NCBI GenBank assembly: GCA_032718475.1
Contig: JAUCBJ010003043.1
Location: forward strand, 1-64,000
DNA length: 64,000 nt
Direction: 5' to 3'
Origin: Nemertoderma westbladi
Lineage: Eukaryota; Animalia; Xenacoelomorpha
Both the position numbers and the translations under genes were made by a program. Below the pieces are notes generated by a model, which was given only the letters and a program-made list of their open reading frames with translations, did not search any database and was not told the DNA's origin. Shown here one piece after another: positions 51,131 to 64,000 of this stretch. Each line of letters begins with the position of its first letter. Within the stretch, counting starts at the first letter, position 1.

Positions 51131-54100
51131 GTAGAGGCATTCATAGTAAATGTATGTAGGAATGAACGTAGAGGCATTCATAGTAAATGTATGTAGGAAG
51201 GAACGTAGAGGCATTCATAGTAAATGAGTAGGGGGAGAACGTAGAGGCATTCATAGTAAATGTATGAAGTAGGGAAAGAACGTAGAGGCATTCATAGTAA
51301 ATGTATGTAGGAGGGAATGAACGTAGAGGCATTCATAGTAAATGTATGTAGGAATGAACGTAGAGGCATTCATAGTAAATGTATGTAGGAATGAACGTAG
51401 AGGCATTCATAGTAAATGTATGTAGGAAAGAACGTAGAGGCATTCATAGTAAATGTATGTAGGAATGAACGTAGAGGCATTCATAGTAAATGTATGTAGG
51501 AAAGAACGTAGAGGCATTCATAGTAAATGTATGTAGGAAAGAACGTAGAGGCATTCATAGTAAATGTATGTAGGAATGAACGTAGAGGCATTCATAGTAA
51601 ATGTATGTAGGAATGAACGTAGAGGCATTCATAGTAAATGTATGGAGTAGGGAAAGAACGTAGAGGCATTCATAGTAAATGTATGTAGGAAAGAACGTAG
51701 AGGCATTCATAGTAAATGTATGAAGGAGGGACGGAGCGTAGAGGCATTCATAGTAAATGTATGGAGTAGGGAAAGAACGTAGAGGCATTCATAGTAAATG
51801 TATGTAGGAATGAACGTAGAGGCATTCATAGTAAATGTATGTAGGAATGAACGTAGAGGCATTCATAGTAAATGTATGTAGGAAAGAACGTAGAGGCATT
51901 CATAGTAAATGTATGTAGGAATGAACGTAGAGGCATTCATAGTAAATGTATGTAGGAATGAACGTAGAGGCATTCATAGTAAATGTATGTAGGAATGAAC
52001 GTAGAGGCATTCATAGTAAATGTATGTAGGAATGAACGTAGAGGCATTCATAGTAAATGTATGTAGGAATGAACGTAGAGGCATTCATAGTAAATGTATG
52101 TAGGAAAGAACGTAGAGGCATTCATAGTAAATGTATGTAGGAATGAACGTAGAGGCATTCATAGTAAATGTATGTAGGAATGAACGTAGAGGCATTCATA
52201 GTAAATGTATGTAGGAATGAACGTAGAGGCATTCATAGTAAATGTATGTAGGAATGAACGTAGAGGCATTCATAGTAAATGTATGAAGGAGGGACGGAGC
52301 GTAGAGGCATTCATAGTAAATGTATGGAGTAGGGAAAGAGCGTAGAGGCATTCATAGTAAATGTATGGAGTAGGGAAAGAACGTAGAGGCATTCATAGTA
52401 AATGTATGGAGTAGGGAAAGAACGTAGAGGCATTCATAGTAAATGTATGGAGTAGGGAAAGAACGTAGAGGCATTCATAGTAAATGTATGGAGTAGGGAA
52501 AGAACGTAGAGGCATTCATAGTAAATGTATGGAGTAGGGAAAGAACGTAGAGGCATTCATAGTAAATGTATGGGAGTAGGGAAAGAACGTAGAGGCATTC
52601 ATAGTAAATGTATGAAGGAGGGAATGAACGTAGAGGCATTCATAGTAAATGTATGGAGTAGGAAGGAACGTAGAGGCATTCATAGTAAATGTATGTAGGA
52701 ATGAACGTAGAGGCATTCATAGTAAATGTATGGAGTAGGGAAAGAACGTAGAGGCATTCATAGTAAATGTATGGAGTAGGGAAAGAACGTAGAGGCATTC
52801 ATAGTAAATGTATGAAGGAGGGAATGAACGTAGAGGCATTCATAGTAAATGTATGGAGTAGGAAGGAACGTAGAGGCATTCATAGTAAATGTATGTAGGA
52901 ATGAACGTAGAGGCATTCATAGTAAATGTATGTAGGAATGAACGTAGAGGCATTCATAGTAAATGTATGAAGTAGGGAAAGAACGTAGAGGCATTCATAG
53001 TAAATGTATGTAGGAGGGAATGAACGTAGAGGCATTCATAGTAAATGTATGGAGTAGGGAAAGAACGTAGAGGCATTCATAGTAAATGTATGGAGTAGGG
53101 AAAGAACGTAGAGGCATTCATAGTAAATGTATGAAGGAGGGAATGAACGTAGAGGCATTCATAGTAAATGTATGGAGTAGGAAGGAACGTAGAGGCATTC
53201 ATAGTAAATGTATGTAGGAATGAACGTAGAGGCATTCATAGTAAATGTATGAAGTAGGGAAAGAACGTAGAGGCATTCATAGTAAATGTATGTAGGAATG
53301 AACGTAGAGGCATTCATAGTAAATGTATGAAGTAGGGAAAGAACGTAGAGGCATTCATAGTAAATGTATGTAGGAGGGAATGAACGTAGAGGCATTCATA
53401 GTAAATGTATGTAGGAATGAACGTAGAGGCATTCATAGTAAATGTATGAAGTAGGGAAAGAACGTAGAGGCATTCATAGTAAATGTATGTAGGAATGAAC
53501 GTAGAGGCATTCATAGTAAATGTATGTAGGAATGAACGTAGAGGCATTCATAGTAAATGTATGAAGTAGGGAAAGAACGTAGAGGCATTCATAGTAAATG
53601 TATGTAGGAATGAACGTAGAGGCATTCATAGTAAATGTATGAAGTAGGGAAAGAACGTAGAGGCATTCATAGTAAATGTATGTAGGAGGGAATGAACGTA
53701 GAGGCATTCATAGTAAATGTATGTAGGAATGAACGTAGAGGCATTCATAGTAAATGTATGTAGGAATGAACGTAGAGGCATTCATAGTAAATGTATGTAG
53801 GAATGAACGTAGAGGCATTCATAGTAAATGTATGTAGGAATGAACGTAGAGGCATTCATAGTAAATGTATGTAGGAATGAACGTAGAGGCATTCATAGTA
53901 AATGTATGTAGGAATGAACGTAGAGGCATTCATAGTAAATGTATGTAGGAATGAACGTAGAGGCATTCATAGTAAATGTATGTAGGAATGAACGTAGAGG
54001 CATTCATAGTAAATGTATGTAGGAATGAACGTAGAGGCATTCATAGTAAATGTATGTAGGAATGAACGTAGAGGCATTCATAGTAAATGTATGTAGGAAT

Positions 54101-57100
54101 GAACGTAGAGGCATTCATAGTAAATGTATGTAGGAATGAACGTAGAGGCATTCATAGTAAATGTATGTAGGAATGAACGTAGAGGCATTCATAGTAAATG
54201 TATGTAGGAATGAACGTAGAGGCATTCATAGTAAATGTATGGAGTAGGGACGGAGCGTAGAGGCATTCATAGTAAATGTATGTAGGAATGAACGTAGAGG
54301 CATTCATAGTAAATGTATGTAGGAATGAACGTAGAGGCATTCATAGTAAATGTATGGAGTAGGGAAAGAACGTAGAGGCATTCATAGTAAATGTATGTAG
54401 GAATGAACGTAGAGGCATTCATAGTAAATGTATGGAGTAGGGAAAGAACGTAGAGGCATTCATAGTAAATGTATGGAGTAGGGAAAGAGCGTAGAGGCAT
54501 TCATAGTAAATGTATGGAGTAGGGAAAGATCGTAGAGGCATTCATAGTAAATGAGGAGGGAGAGAACGTAGAGGCATTCATAGTAAATGTATGTAGGAGG
54601 GAAAGAACGTAGAGGCATTCATAGTAAATGTATGTAGGAAAGAACGTAGAGGCATTCATAGTAAATGTATGGAGGAGGGAAAGAACGTAGAGGCATTCAT
54701 AGTAAATGTATGTAGGAATGAACGTAGAGGCATTCATAGTAAATGTATGTAGGAATGAACGTAGAGGCATTCATAGTAAATGTATGGAGTAGGGAAAGAA
54801 CGTAGAGGCATTCATAGTAAATGTATGGAGTAGGGAAAGAACGTAGAGGCATTCATAGTAAATGTATGGAGTAGGGAAAGAGCGTAGAGGCATTCATAGT
54901 AAATGTATGGAGTAGGGAAAGATCGTAGAGGCATTCATAGTAAATGAGGAGGGAGAGAACGTAGAGGCATTCATAGTAAATGTATGTAGGAGGGAAAGAA
55001 CGTAGAGGCATTCATAGTAAATGTATGTAGGAAAGAACGTAGAGGCATTCATAGTAAATGTATGGAGGAGGGAAAGAACGTAGAGGCATTCATAGTAAAT
55101 GTATGTAGGAGGGAAAGAACGTAGAGGCATTCATAGTAAATGTATGTAGGAAAGAACGTAGAGGCATTCATAGTAAATGTATGTAGGAATGAACGTAGAG
55201 GCATTCATAGTAAATGTATGGAGTAGGGAAAGAACGTAGAGGCATTCATAGTAAATGTATGTAGGAATGAACGTAGAGGCATTCATAGTAAATGTATGTA
55301 GGAATGAACGTAGAGGCATTCATAGTAAATGTATGTAGGAATGAACGTAGAGGCATTCATAGTAAATGTATGGAGTAGGGAAAGAACGTAGAGGCATTCA
55401 TAGTAAATGTATGGAGTAGGGAAAGAGCGTAGAGGCATTCATAGTAAATGTATGGAGTAGGGAAAGATCGTAGAGGCATTCATAGTAAATGAGGAGGGAG
55501 AGAACGTAGAGGCATTCATAGTAAATGTATGTAGGAGGGAAAGAACGTAGAGGCATTCATAGTAAATGTATGTAGGAAAGAACGTAGAGGCATTCATAGT
55601 AAATGTATGGAGGAGGGAAAGAACGTAGAGGCATTCATAGTAAATGTATGTAGGAGGGAAAGAACGTAGAGGCATTCATAGTAAATGTATGTAGGAAAGA
55701 ACGTAGAGGCATTCATAGTAAATGTATGGAGGAGGGAAAGAACGTAGAGGCATTCATAGTAAATGTATGGAGGAGGGAAAGAAGATCGTAGAGGCATTCA
55801 TAGTAAATGTATGGAGTAGGTAAAGAAGATCGTAGAGGCATTCATAGTAAATGTATGGAGTAGGGAAAGAACGTAGAGGCATTCATAGTAAATGTATGGA
55901 GGAGGGAAAGAACGTAGAGGCATTCATAGTAAATGTATGGAGTAGGGAAAGAAGATCGTAGAGGCATTCATAGTAAATGTATGGAGTAGGTAAAGAAGAT
56001 CGTAGAGGCATTCATAGTAAATGTATGGAGGAGGGAAAGAACGTAGAGGCATTCATAGTAAATGTATGTAGGAAAGAACGTAGAGGCATTCATAGTAAAT
56101 GTATGGAGGAGGGAAAGAACGTAGAGGCATTCATAGTAAATGTATGTAGGAGGGAAAGAACGTAGAGGCATTCATAGTAAATGTATGTAGGAAAGAACGT
56201 AGAGGCATTCATAGTAAATGTATGGAGTAGGGAAAGATCGTAGAGGCATTCATAGTAAATGAGGAGGGAGAGAACGTAGAGGCATTCATAGTAAATGTAT
56301 GTAGGAGGGAAAGAACGTAGAGGCATTCATAGTAAATGTATGTAGGAAAGAACGTAGAGGCATTCATAGTAAATGTATGGAGGAGGGAAAGAACGTAGAG
56401 GCATTCATAGTAAATGTATGTAGGAGGGAAAGAACGTAGAGGCATTCATAGTAAATGTATGTAGGAAAGAACGTAGAGGCATTCATAGTAAATGTATGGA
56501 GGAGGGAAAGAACGTAGAGGCATTCATAGTAAATGTATGGAGGAGGGAAAGAAGATCGTAGAGGCATTCATAGTAAATGTATGGAGTAGGTAAAGAAGAT
56601 CGTAGAGGCATTCATAGTAAATGTATGGAGGAGGGAAAGAACGTAGAGGCATTCATAGTAAATGTATGGAGGAGGGAAAGAACGTAGAGGCATTCATAGT
56701 AAATGTATGGAGGAGGGAAAGAACGTAGAGGCATTCATAGTAAATGTATGGAGTAGAGAAAGAACGTAGAGGCATTCATAGTAAATGTATGGAGGAGGGA
56801 ATGAAGAACGTAGAGGCATTCATAGTAAATGTATGGAGGAGGGAAAGAACGTAGAGGCATTCATAGTAAATGTATGGAGTAGGGAAAGAACGTAGAGGCA
56901 TTCATAGTAAATGTATGGAGGAGGGAATGAAGAACGTAGAGGCATTCATAGTAAATGTATGGAGGAGGGAAAGAACGTAGAGGCATTCATAGTAAATGTA
57001 TGGAGGAGGGAAAGAACGTAGAGGCATTCATAGTAAATGAGTAGGGGGAGAACGTAGAGGCATTCATAGTAAATGTATGGAGTAGGGAGAGATCGTAGAG

Positions 57101-60100
57101 GCATTCATAGTAAATGTATGGAGTAGGGAAAGAACGTAGAGGCATTCATAGTAAATGAGTAGGGAGAGAACGTAGAGGCATTCATAGTAAATGTATGTAG
57201 GAATGAACGTAGAGGCATTCATAGTAAATGTATGTAGGAATGAACGTAGAGGCATTCATAGTAAATGTATGTAGGAATGAACGTAGAGGCATTCATAGTA
57301 AATGTATGTAGGAAAGATCGTAGAGGCATTCATAGTAAATGTATGTAGGAAAGAACGTAGAGGCATTCATAGTAAATGTATGTAGGAAAGATCGTAGAGG
57401 CATTCATAGTAAATGTATGTAGGAAAGAACGTAGAGGCATTCATAGTAAATGTATGGAGTAGGGAAAGAACGTAGAGGCATTCATAGTAAATGTATGGAG
57501 TAGGGAAAGAACGTAGAGGCATTCATAGTAAATGTATGGAGGAGGGAAAGAACGTAGAGGCATTCATAGTAAATGTATGGAGTAGGGAAAGAACGTAGAG
57601 GCATTCATAGTAAATGTATGGAGGAGGGAAAGAACGTAGAGGCATTCATAGTAAATGTATGGAGGAGGGAATGAAGAACGTAGAGGCATTCATAGTAAAT
57701 GTATGGAGGAGGGAAAGAACGTAGAGGCATTCATAGTAAATGTATGGAGTAGGGAAAGAACGTAGAGGCATTCATAGTAAATGTATGGAGGAGGGAAAGA
57801 ACGTAGAGGCATTCATAGTAAATGTATGGAGTAGGGAAAGAACGTAGAGGCATTCATAGTAAATGTATGGAGTAGGGAAAGAACGTAGAGGCATTCATAG
57901 TAAATGTATGGAGTAGGGAAAGAACGTAGAGGCATTCATAGTAAATGTATGGAGGAGGGAAAGAACGTAGAGGCATTCATAGTAAATGTATGGAGTAGGG
58001 AAAGAACGTAGAGGCATTCATAGTAAATGTATGGAGGAGGGAAAGAACGTAGAGGCATTCATAGTAAATGTATGGAGTAGGGAAAGAACGTAGAGGCATT
58101 CATAGTAAATGTATGGAGTAGGGAAAGAACGTAGAGGCATTCATAGTAAATGTATGGAGTAGGGAAAGAACGTAGAGGCATTCATAGTAAATGTATGGAG
58201 GAGGGAAAGAACGTAGAGGCATTCATAGTAAATGTATGGAGTAGGGAAAGAACGTAGAGGCATTCATAGTAAATGTATGGAGTAGGGAAAGAACGTAGAG
58301 GCATTCATAGTAAATGTATGGAGTAGGGAAAGAACGTAGAGGCATTCATAGTAAATGTATGGAGTAGGGAAAGAACGTAGAGGCATTCATAGTAAATGTA
58401 TGGAGTAGGGAAAGAACGTAGAGGCATTCATAGTAAATGTATGGAGGAGGGAAAGAACGTAGAGGCATTCATAGTAAATGTATGGAGGAGGGAAAGAACG
58501 TAGAGGCATTCATAGTAAATGTATGGAGGAGGGAAAGAACGTAGAGGCATTCATAGTAAATGTATGGAGTAGGGAAAGAACGTAGAGGCATTCATAGTAA
58601 ATGTATGGAGGAGGGAAAGAACGTAGAGGCATTCATAGTAAATGTATGGAGTAGGGAAAGAACGTAGAGGCATTCATAGTAAATGTATGGAGGAGGGAAA
58701 GAACGTAGAGGCATTCATAGTAAATGTATGTAGGAAAGAACGTAGAGGCATTCATAGTAAATGTATGGAGGAAGGAACGTAGAGGCATTCATAGTAAATG
58801 TATGTAGGAATGAACGTAGAGGCATTCATAGTAAATGTATGTAGGAATGAACGTAGAGGCATTCATAGTAAATGTATGTAGGAATGAACGTAGAGGCATT
58901 CATAGTAAATGTATGTAGGAATGAACGTAGAGGCATTCATAGTAAATGTATGTAGGAATGAACGTAGAGGCATTCATAGTAAATGTATGTAGGAATGAGC
59001 GTAGAGGCATTCATAGTAAATGTATGTAGGAATGAACGTAGAGGCATTCATAGTAAATGTATGTAGGAATGAACGTAGAGGCATTCATAGTAAATGTATG
59101 TAGGAAGGAACGTAGAGGCATTCATAGTAAATGTATGTAGGAATGAACGTAGAGGCATTCATAGTAAATGTATGTAGGAATGAACGTAGAGGCATTCATA
59201 GTAAATGTATGTAGGAATGAACGTAGAGGCATTCATAGTAAATGTATGTAGGAATGAACGTAGAGGCATTCATAGTAAATGTATGTAGGAATGAACGTAG
59301 AGGCATTCATAGTAAATGTATGTAGGAATGAGCGTAGAGGCATTCATAGTAAATGTATGTAGGAATGAACGTAGAGGCATTCATAGTAAATGTATGTAGG
59401 AATGAACGTAGAGGCATTCATAGTAAATGTATGTAGGAATGAACGTAGAGGCATTCATAGTAAATGTATGTAGGAATGAACGTAGAGGCATTCATAGTAA
59501 ATGTATGTAGGAATGAACGTAGAGGCATTCATAGTAAATGTATGTAGGAAAGATCGTAGAGGCATTCATAGTAAATGTATGTAGGAAAGAACGTAGAGGC
59601 ATTCATAGTAAATGTATGTAGGAATGAACGTAGAGGCATTCATAGTAAATGTTTGTAGGAATGAACGTAGAGGCATTCATAGTAAATGTATGTAGGAAAG
59701 AACGTAGAGGCATTCATAGTAAATGTATGTAGGAATGAACGTAGAGGCATTCATAGTAAATGTATGTAGGAATGAACGTAGAGGCATTCATAGTAAATGT
59801 ATGTAGGAAAGAACGTAGAGGCATTCATAGTAAATGTATGGAGTAGGGAAAGAACGTAGAGGCATTCATAGTAAATGTATGTAGGAAAGATCGTAGAGGC
59901 ATTCATAGTAAATGTATGTAGGAAAGAACGTAGAGGCATTCATAGTAAATGTATGGAGTAGGGAAAGAACGTAGAGGCATTCATAGTAAATGTATGTAGG
60001 AAAGAACGTAGAGGCATTCATAGTAAATGTATGTAGGAATGAACGTAGAGGCATTCATAGTAAATGTATGTAGGAATGAACGTAGAGGCATTCATAGTAA

Positions 60101-63100
60101 ATGTATGTAGGAATGAACGTAGAGGCATTCATAGTAAATGTATGTAGGAATGAACGTAGAGGCATTCATAGTAAATGTATGTAGGAATGAACGTAGAGGC
60201 ATTCATAGTAAATGTATGTAGGAATGAACGTAGAGGCATTCATAGTAAATGTATGTAGGAATGAACGTAGAGGCATTCATAGTAAATGTATGTAGGAATG
60301 AACGTAGAGGCATTCATAGTAAATGTATGTAGGAATGAACGTAGAGGCATTCATAGTAAATGTATGTAGGAATGAACGTAGAGGCATTCATAGTAAATGT
60401 ATGTAGGAATGAACGTAGAGGCATTCATAGTAAATGTATGTAGGAATGAACGTAGAGGCATTCATAGTAAATGTATGTAGGAATGAACGTAGAGGCATTC
60501 ATAGTAAATGTATGTAGGAATGAACGTAGAGGCATTCATAGTAAATGTATGTAGGAATGAACGTAGAGGCATTCATAGTAAATGTATGTAGGAATGAACG
60601 TAGAGGCATTCATAGTAAATGTATGTAGGAATGAACGTAGAGGCATTCATAGTAAATGTATGTAGGAATGAACGTAGAGGCATTCATAGTAAATGTATGT
60701 AGGAATGAACGTAGAGGCATTCATAGTAAATGTATGTAGGAATGAACGTAGAGGCATTCATAGTAAATGTATGTAGGAATGAACGTAGAGGCATTCATAG
60801 TAAATGTATGTAGGAATGAACGTAGAGGCATTCATAGTAAATGAGTAGGGGGAGAACGTAGAGGCATTCATAGTAAATGTATGGAGGAGGGAAAGAACGT
60901 AGAGGCATTCATAGTAAATGTATGTAGGAATGAACGTAGAGGCATTCATAGTAAATGTATGTAGGAATGAACGTAGAGGCATTCATAGTAAATGTATGTA
61001 GGAATGAACGTAGAGGCATTCATAGTAAATGTATGTAGGAAAGAACGTAGAGGCATTCATAGTAAATGTATGTAGGAAAGAACGTAGAGGCATTCATAGT
61101 AAATGTATGTAGGAATGAACGTAGAGGCATTCATAGTAAATGTATGTAGGAATGAACGTAGAGGCATTCATAGTAAATGTATGTAGGAAAGAACGTAGAG
61201 GCATTCATAGTAAATGTATGTAGGAAAGAACGTAGAGGCATTCATAGTAAATGTATGTAGGAATGAACGTAGAGGCATTCATAGTAAATGTATGTAGGAA
61301 TGAACGTAGAGGCATTCATAGTAAATGTATGTAGGAAAGAACGTAGAGGCATTCATAGTAAATGTATGTAGGAATGAACGTAGAGGCATTCATAGTAAAT
61401 GTATGTAGGAAAGAACGTAGAGGCATTCATAGTAAATGTATGGAGTAGGGAAAGAACGTAGAGGCATTCATAGTAAATGTATGTAGGAATGAACGTAGAG
61501 GCATTCATAGTAAATGTATGGAGTAGGGAAAGAACGTAGAGGCATTCATAGTAAATGTATGTAGGAATGAACGTAGAGGCATTCATAGTAAATGTATGTA
61601 GGAATGAACGTAGAGGCATTCATAGTAAATGTATGTAGGAAAGAACGTAGAGGCATTCATAGTAAATGTATGTAGGAAAGAACGTAGAGGCATTCATAGT
61701 AAATGTATGGAGGAGGGAAAGAACGTAGAGGCATTCATAGTAAATGTATGTAGGAAAGAACGTAGAGGCATTCATAGTAAATGTATGTAGGAATGAACGT
61801 AGAGGCATTCATAGTAAATGTATGTAGGAATGAACGTAGAGGCATTCATAGTAAATGTATGTAGGAAAGAACGTAGAGGCATTCATAGTAAATGTATGTA
61901 GGAAAGAACGTAGAGGCATTCATAGTAAATGTATGTAGGAAAGAACGTAGAGGCATTCATAGTAAATGTATGTAGGAAAGAACGTAGAGGCATTCATAGT
62001 AAATGTATGTAGGAAAGAACGTAGAGGCATTCATAGTAAATGTATGTAGGAAAGAACGTAGAGGCATTCATAGTAAATGAGGAGGGAATGAACGTAGAGG
62101 CATTCATAGTAAATGTATGTAGGAAAGAACGTAGAGGCATTCATAGTAAATGTATGTAGGAATGAACGTAGAGGCATTCATAGTAAATGTATGTAGGAAT
62201 GAACGTAGAGGCATTCATAGTAAATGTATGTAGGAATGAACGTAGAGGCATTCATAGTAAATGTATGTAGGAATGAACGTAGAGGCATTCATAGTAAATG
62301 TATGTAGGAAAGAACGTAGAGGCATTCATAGTAAATGTATGTAGGAAAGAACGTAGAGGCATTCATAGTAAATGTATGTAGGAAAGAACGTAGAGGCATT
62401 CATAGTAAATGTATGTAGGAAAGAACGTAGAGGCATTCATAGTAAATGTATGTAGGAAAGAACGTAGAGGCATTCATAGTAAATGTATGTAGGAAAGAAC
62501 GTAGAGGCATTCATAGTAAATGAGGAGGGAATGAACGTAGAGGCATTCATAGTAAATGTATGTAGGAAAGAACGTAGAGGCATTCATAGTAAATGTATGT
62601 AGGAATGAACGTAGAGGCATTCATAGTAAATGTATGTAGGAATGAACGTAGAGGCATTCATAGTAAATGTATGAAGTAGGGAATGAAGATCGTAGAGGCA
62701 TTCATAGTAAATGTATGGAGGAGGGAAAGAACGTAGAGGCATTCATAGTAAATGTATGTAGGAAAGAACGTAGAGGCATTCATAGTAAATGTATGTAGGA
62801 AAGAACGTAGAGGCATTCATAGTAAATGTATGTAGGAAAGAACGTAGAGGCATTCATAGTAAATGTATGTAGGAAAGAACGTAGAGGCATTCATAGTAAA
62901 TGTATGGAGTAGGAAGAGAACGTAGAGGCATTCATAGTAAATGTATGTAGGAAAGAACGTAGAGGCATTCATAGTAAATGTATGTAGGAAAGAACGTAGA
63001 GGCATTCATAGTAAATGTATGGAGTAGGGAAAGAACGTAGAGGCATTCATAGTAAATGTATGTAGGAAAGAACGTAGAGGCATTCATAGTAAATGTATGT

Positions 63101-64000
63101 AGGAAAGAACGTAGAGGCATTCATAGTAAATGTATGTAGGAAAGAACGTAGAGGCATTCATAGTAAATGTATGTAGGAAAGAACGTAGAGGCATTCATAG
63201 TAAATGTATGTAGGAAAGAACGTAGAGGCATTCATAGTAAATGTATGTAGGAAAGAACGTAGAGGCATTCATAGTAAATGTATGTAGGAAAGAACGTAGA
63301 GGCATTCATAGTAAATGTATGTAGGAAAGAACGTAGAGGCATTCATAGTAAATGTATGGAGTAGGGAAAGAACGTAGAGGCATTCATAGTAAATGTATGT
63401 AGGAATGAACGTAGAGGCATTCATAGTAAATGTATGTAGGAAAGAACGTAGAGGCATTCATAGTAAATGTATGGAGTAGGGAAAGAACGTAGAGGCATTC
63501 ATAGTAAATGTATGTAGGAAAGAACGTAGAGGCATTCATAGTAAATGTATGGAGTAGGGAAAGAACGTAGAGGCATTCATAGTAAATGTATGTAGGAATG
63601 AACGTAGAGGCATTCATAGTAAATGTATGTAGGAAAGAACGTAGAGGCATTCATAGTAAATGTATGGAGTAGGGAAAGAACGTAGAGGCATTCATAGTAA
63701 ATGTATGTAGGAATGAACGTAGAGGCATTCATAGTAAATGAGGAGGGAATGAACGTAGAGGCATTCATAGTAAATGTATGGAGTAGGGAAAGAACGTAGA
63801 GGCATTCATAGTAAATGTATGTAGGAATGAACGTAGAGGCATTCATAGTAAATGTATGTAGGAATGAACGTAGAGGCATTCATAGTAAATGTATGTAGGA
63901 AAGAACGTAGAGGCATTCATAGTAAATGTATGTAGGAAAGAACGTAGAGGCATTCATAGTAAATGTATGGAGGAGGGAAAGAACGTAGAGGCATTCATAG

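Larger units (their letters stand above)
6037..64000 (+). repeat. Satellite/minisatellite tandem array of ~36-44 bp units (roughly 1,400 copies), open at the window end
   Basis: Core CGTAGAGGCATTCATAGTAAATG (23 bp) plus one of these linkers: TATGGAG[G/T]AGGGAAAGA[A/T] (41-mer); TATG[G/T/A]AG[G/T]AGGGAA[T/A]GAAGA[A/T] (44-mer); TATGTAGGAA[T/A]GAA or TATGAAGGAAGGAA (37-mer); AG[G/T]AGGG[A/G]GAGAA (36-mer). All units are head-to-tail on one strand, and no inversion or foreign insertion was seen. Confidence 0.99.

Noticed and set aside
11856-63879. Numerous 60-210 aa ORFs (MPLRS..., YYECLY..., NVEAFIVN...)
   Set aside because: They are translations of the satellite. ORF length simply tracks runs of units that keep a stop-free frame, such as the 36-mers at 33.7-34.3 kb. 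There is no sign of a real repeat protein gene.
6037-64000. CRISPR array (constant repeat plus variable spacer appearance)
   Set aside because: The 'spacers' are 13-21 bp, mutually homologous and drawn from a small reused set. There are no cas genes or leader, and the context is eukaryotic.
6037-64000. Satellite as an internal tandem repeat of the transposon
   Set aside because: The CACTC terminus lies between the ORFs and the array and cuts a unit mid-core, so the array is outside the element.

Overview
This window is eukaryotic, most likely invertebrate animal, repetitive DNA with two parts. (1) Positions 1-6036 hold the right-hand portion of an apparently intact CMC-superfamily (CACTA/EnSpm-like) DNA transposon. 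It carries two intronless + strand ORFs: an 849-aa DDE transposase with two N-terminal C2H2 zinc fingers, and a ~518-aa accessory protein with a Cys/His-rich N-terminus. It also has clusters of short palindromic or subterminal repeats and a terminus that reads CACTCAAAAAA on the - strand. The left end is not in the window. (2) Positions 6037-64000 are a single uninterrupted, strand-asymmetric tandem array of roughly 1,400 units, open at the window end. Each unit is a near-invariant 23-bp core (CGTAGAGGCATTCATAGTAAATG) plus a variable purine-rich linker, giving units of mainly 36, 37, 41 or 44 bp. The array shows local higher-order repeats, kb-scale internal duplications and a gradient in unit length. 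The most notable observation is that the transposon end abuts the array exactly at the symmetry axis of a dyad in the conserved core (CATTCA-TAG-TAAATG). This suggests, but does not prove, a satellite-targeting transposon. A second oddity is five TACCGGTA palindromes in the 6-kb element, one of which looks like a 6-bp insertion. All ORFs called inside the array are translation artefacts. Family assignments come from motif recognition by eye, not from database searches.
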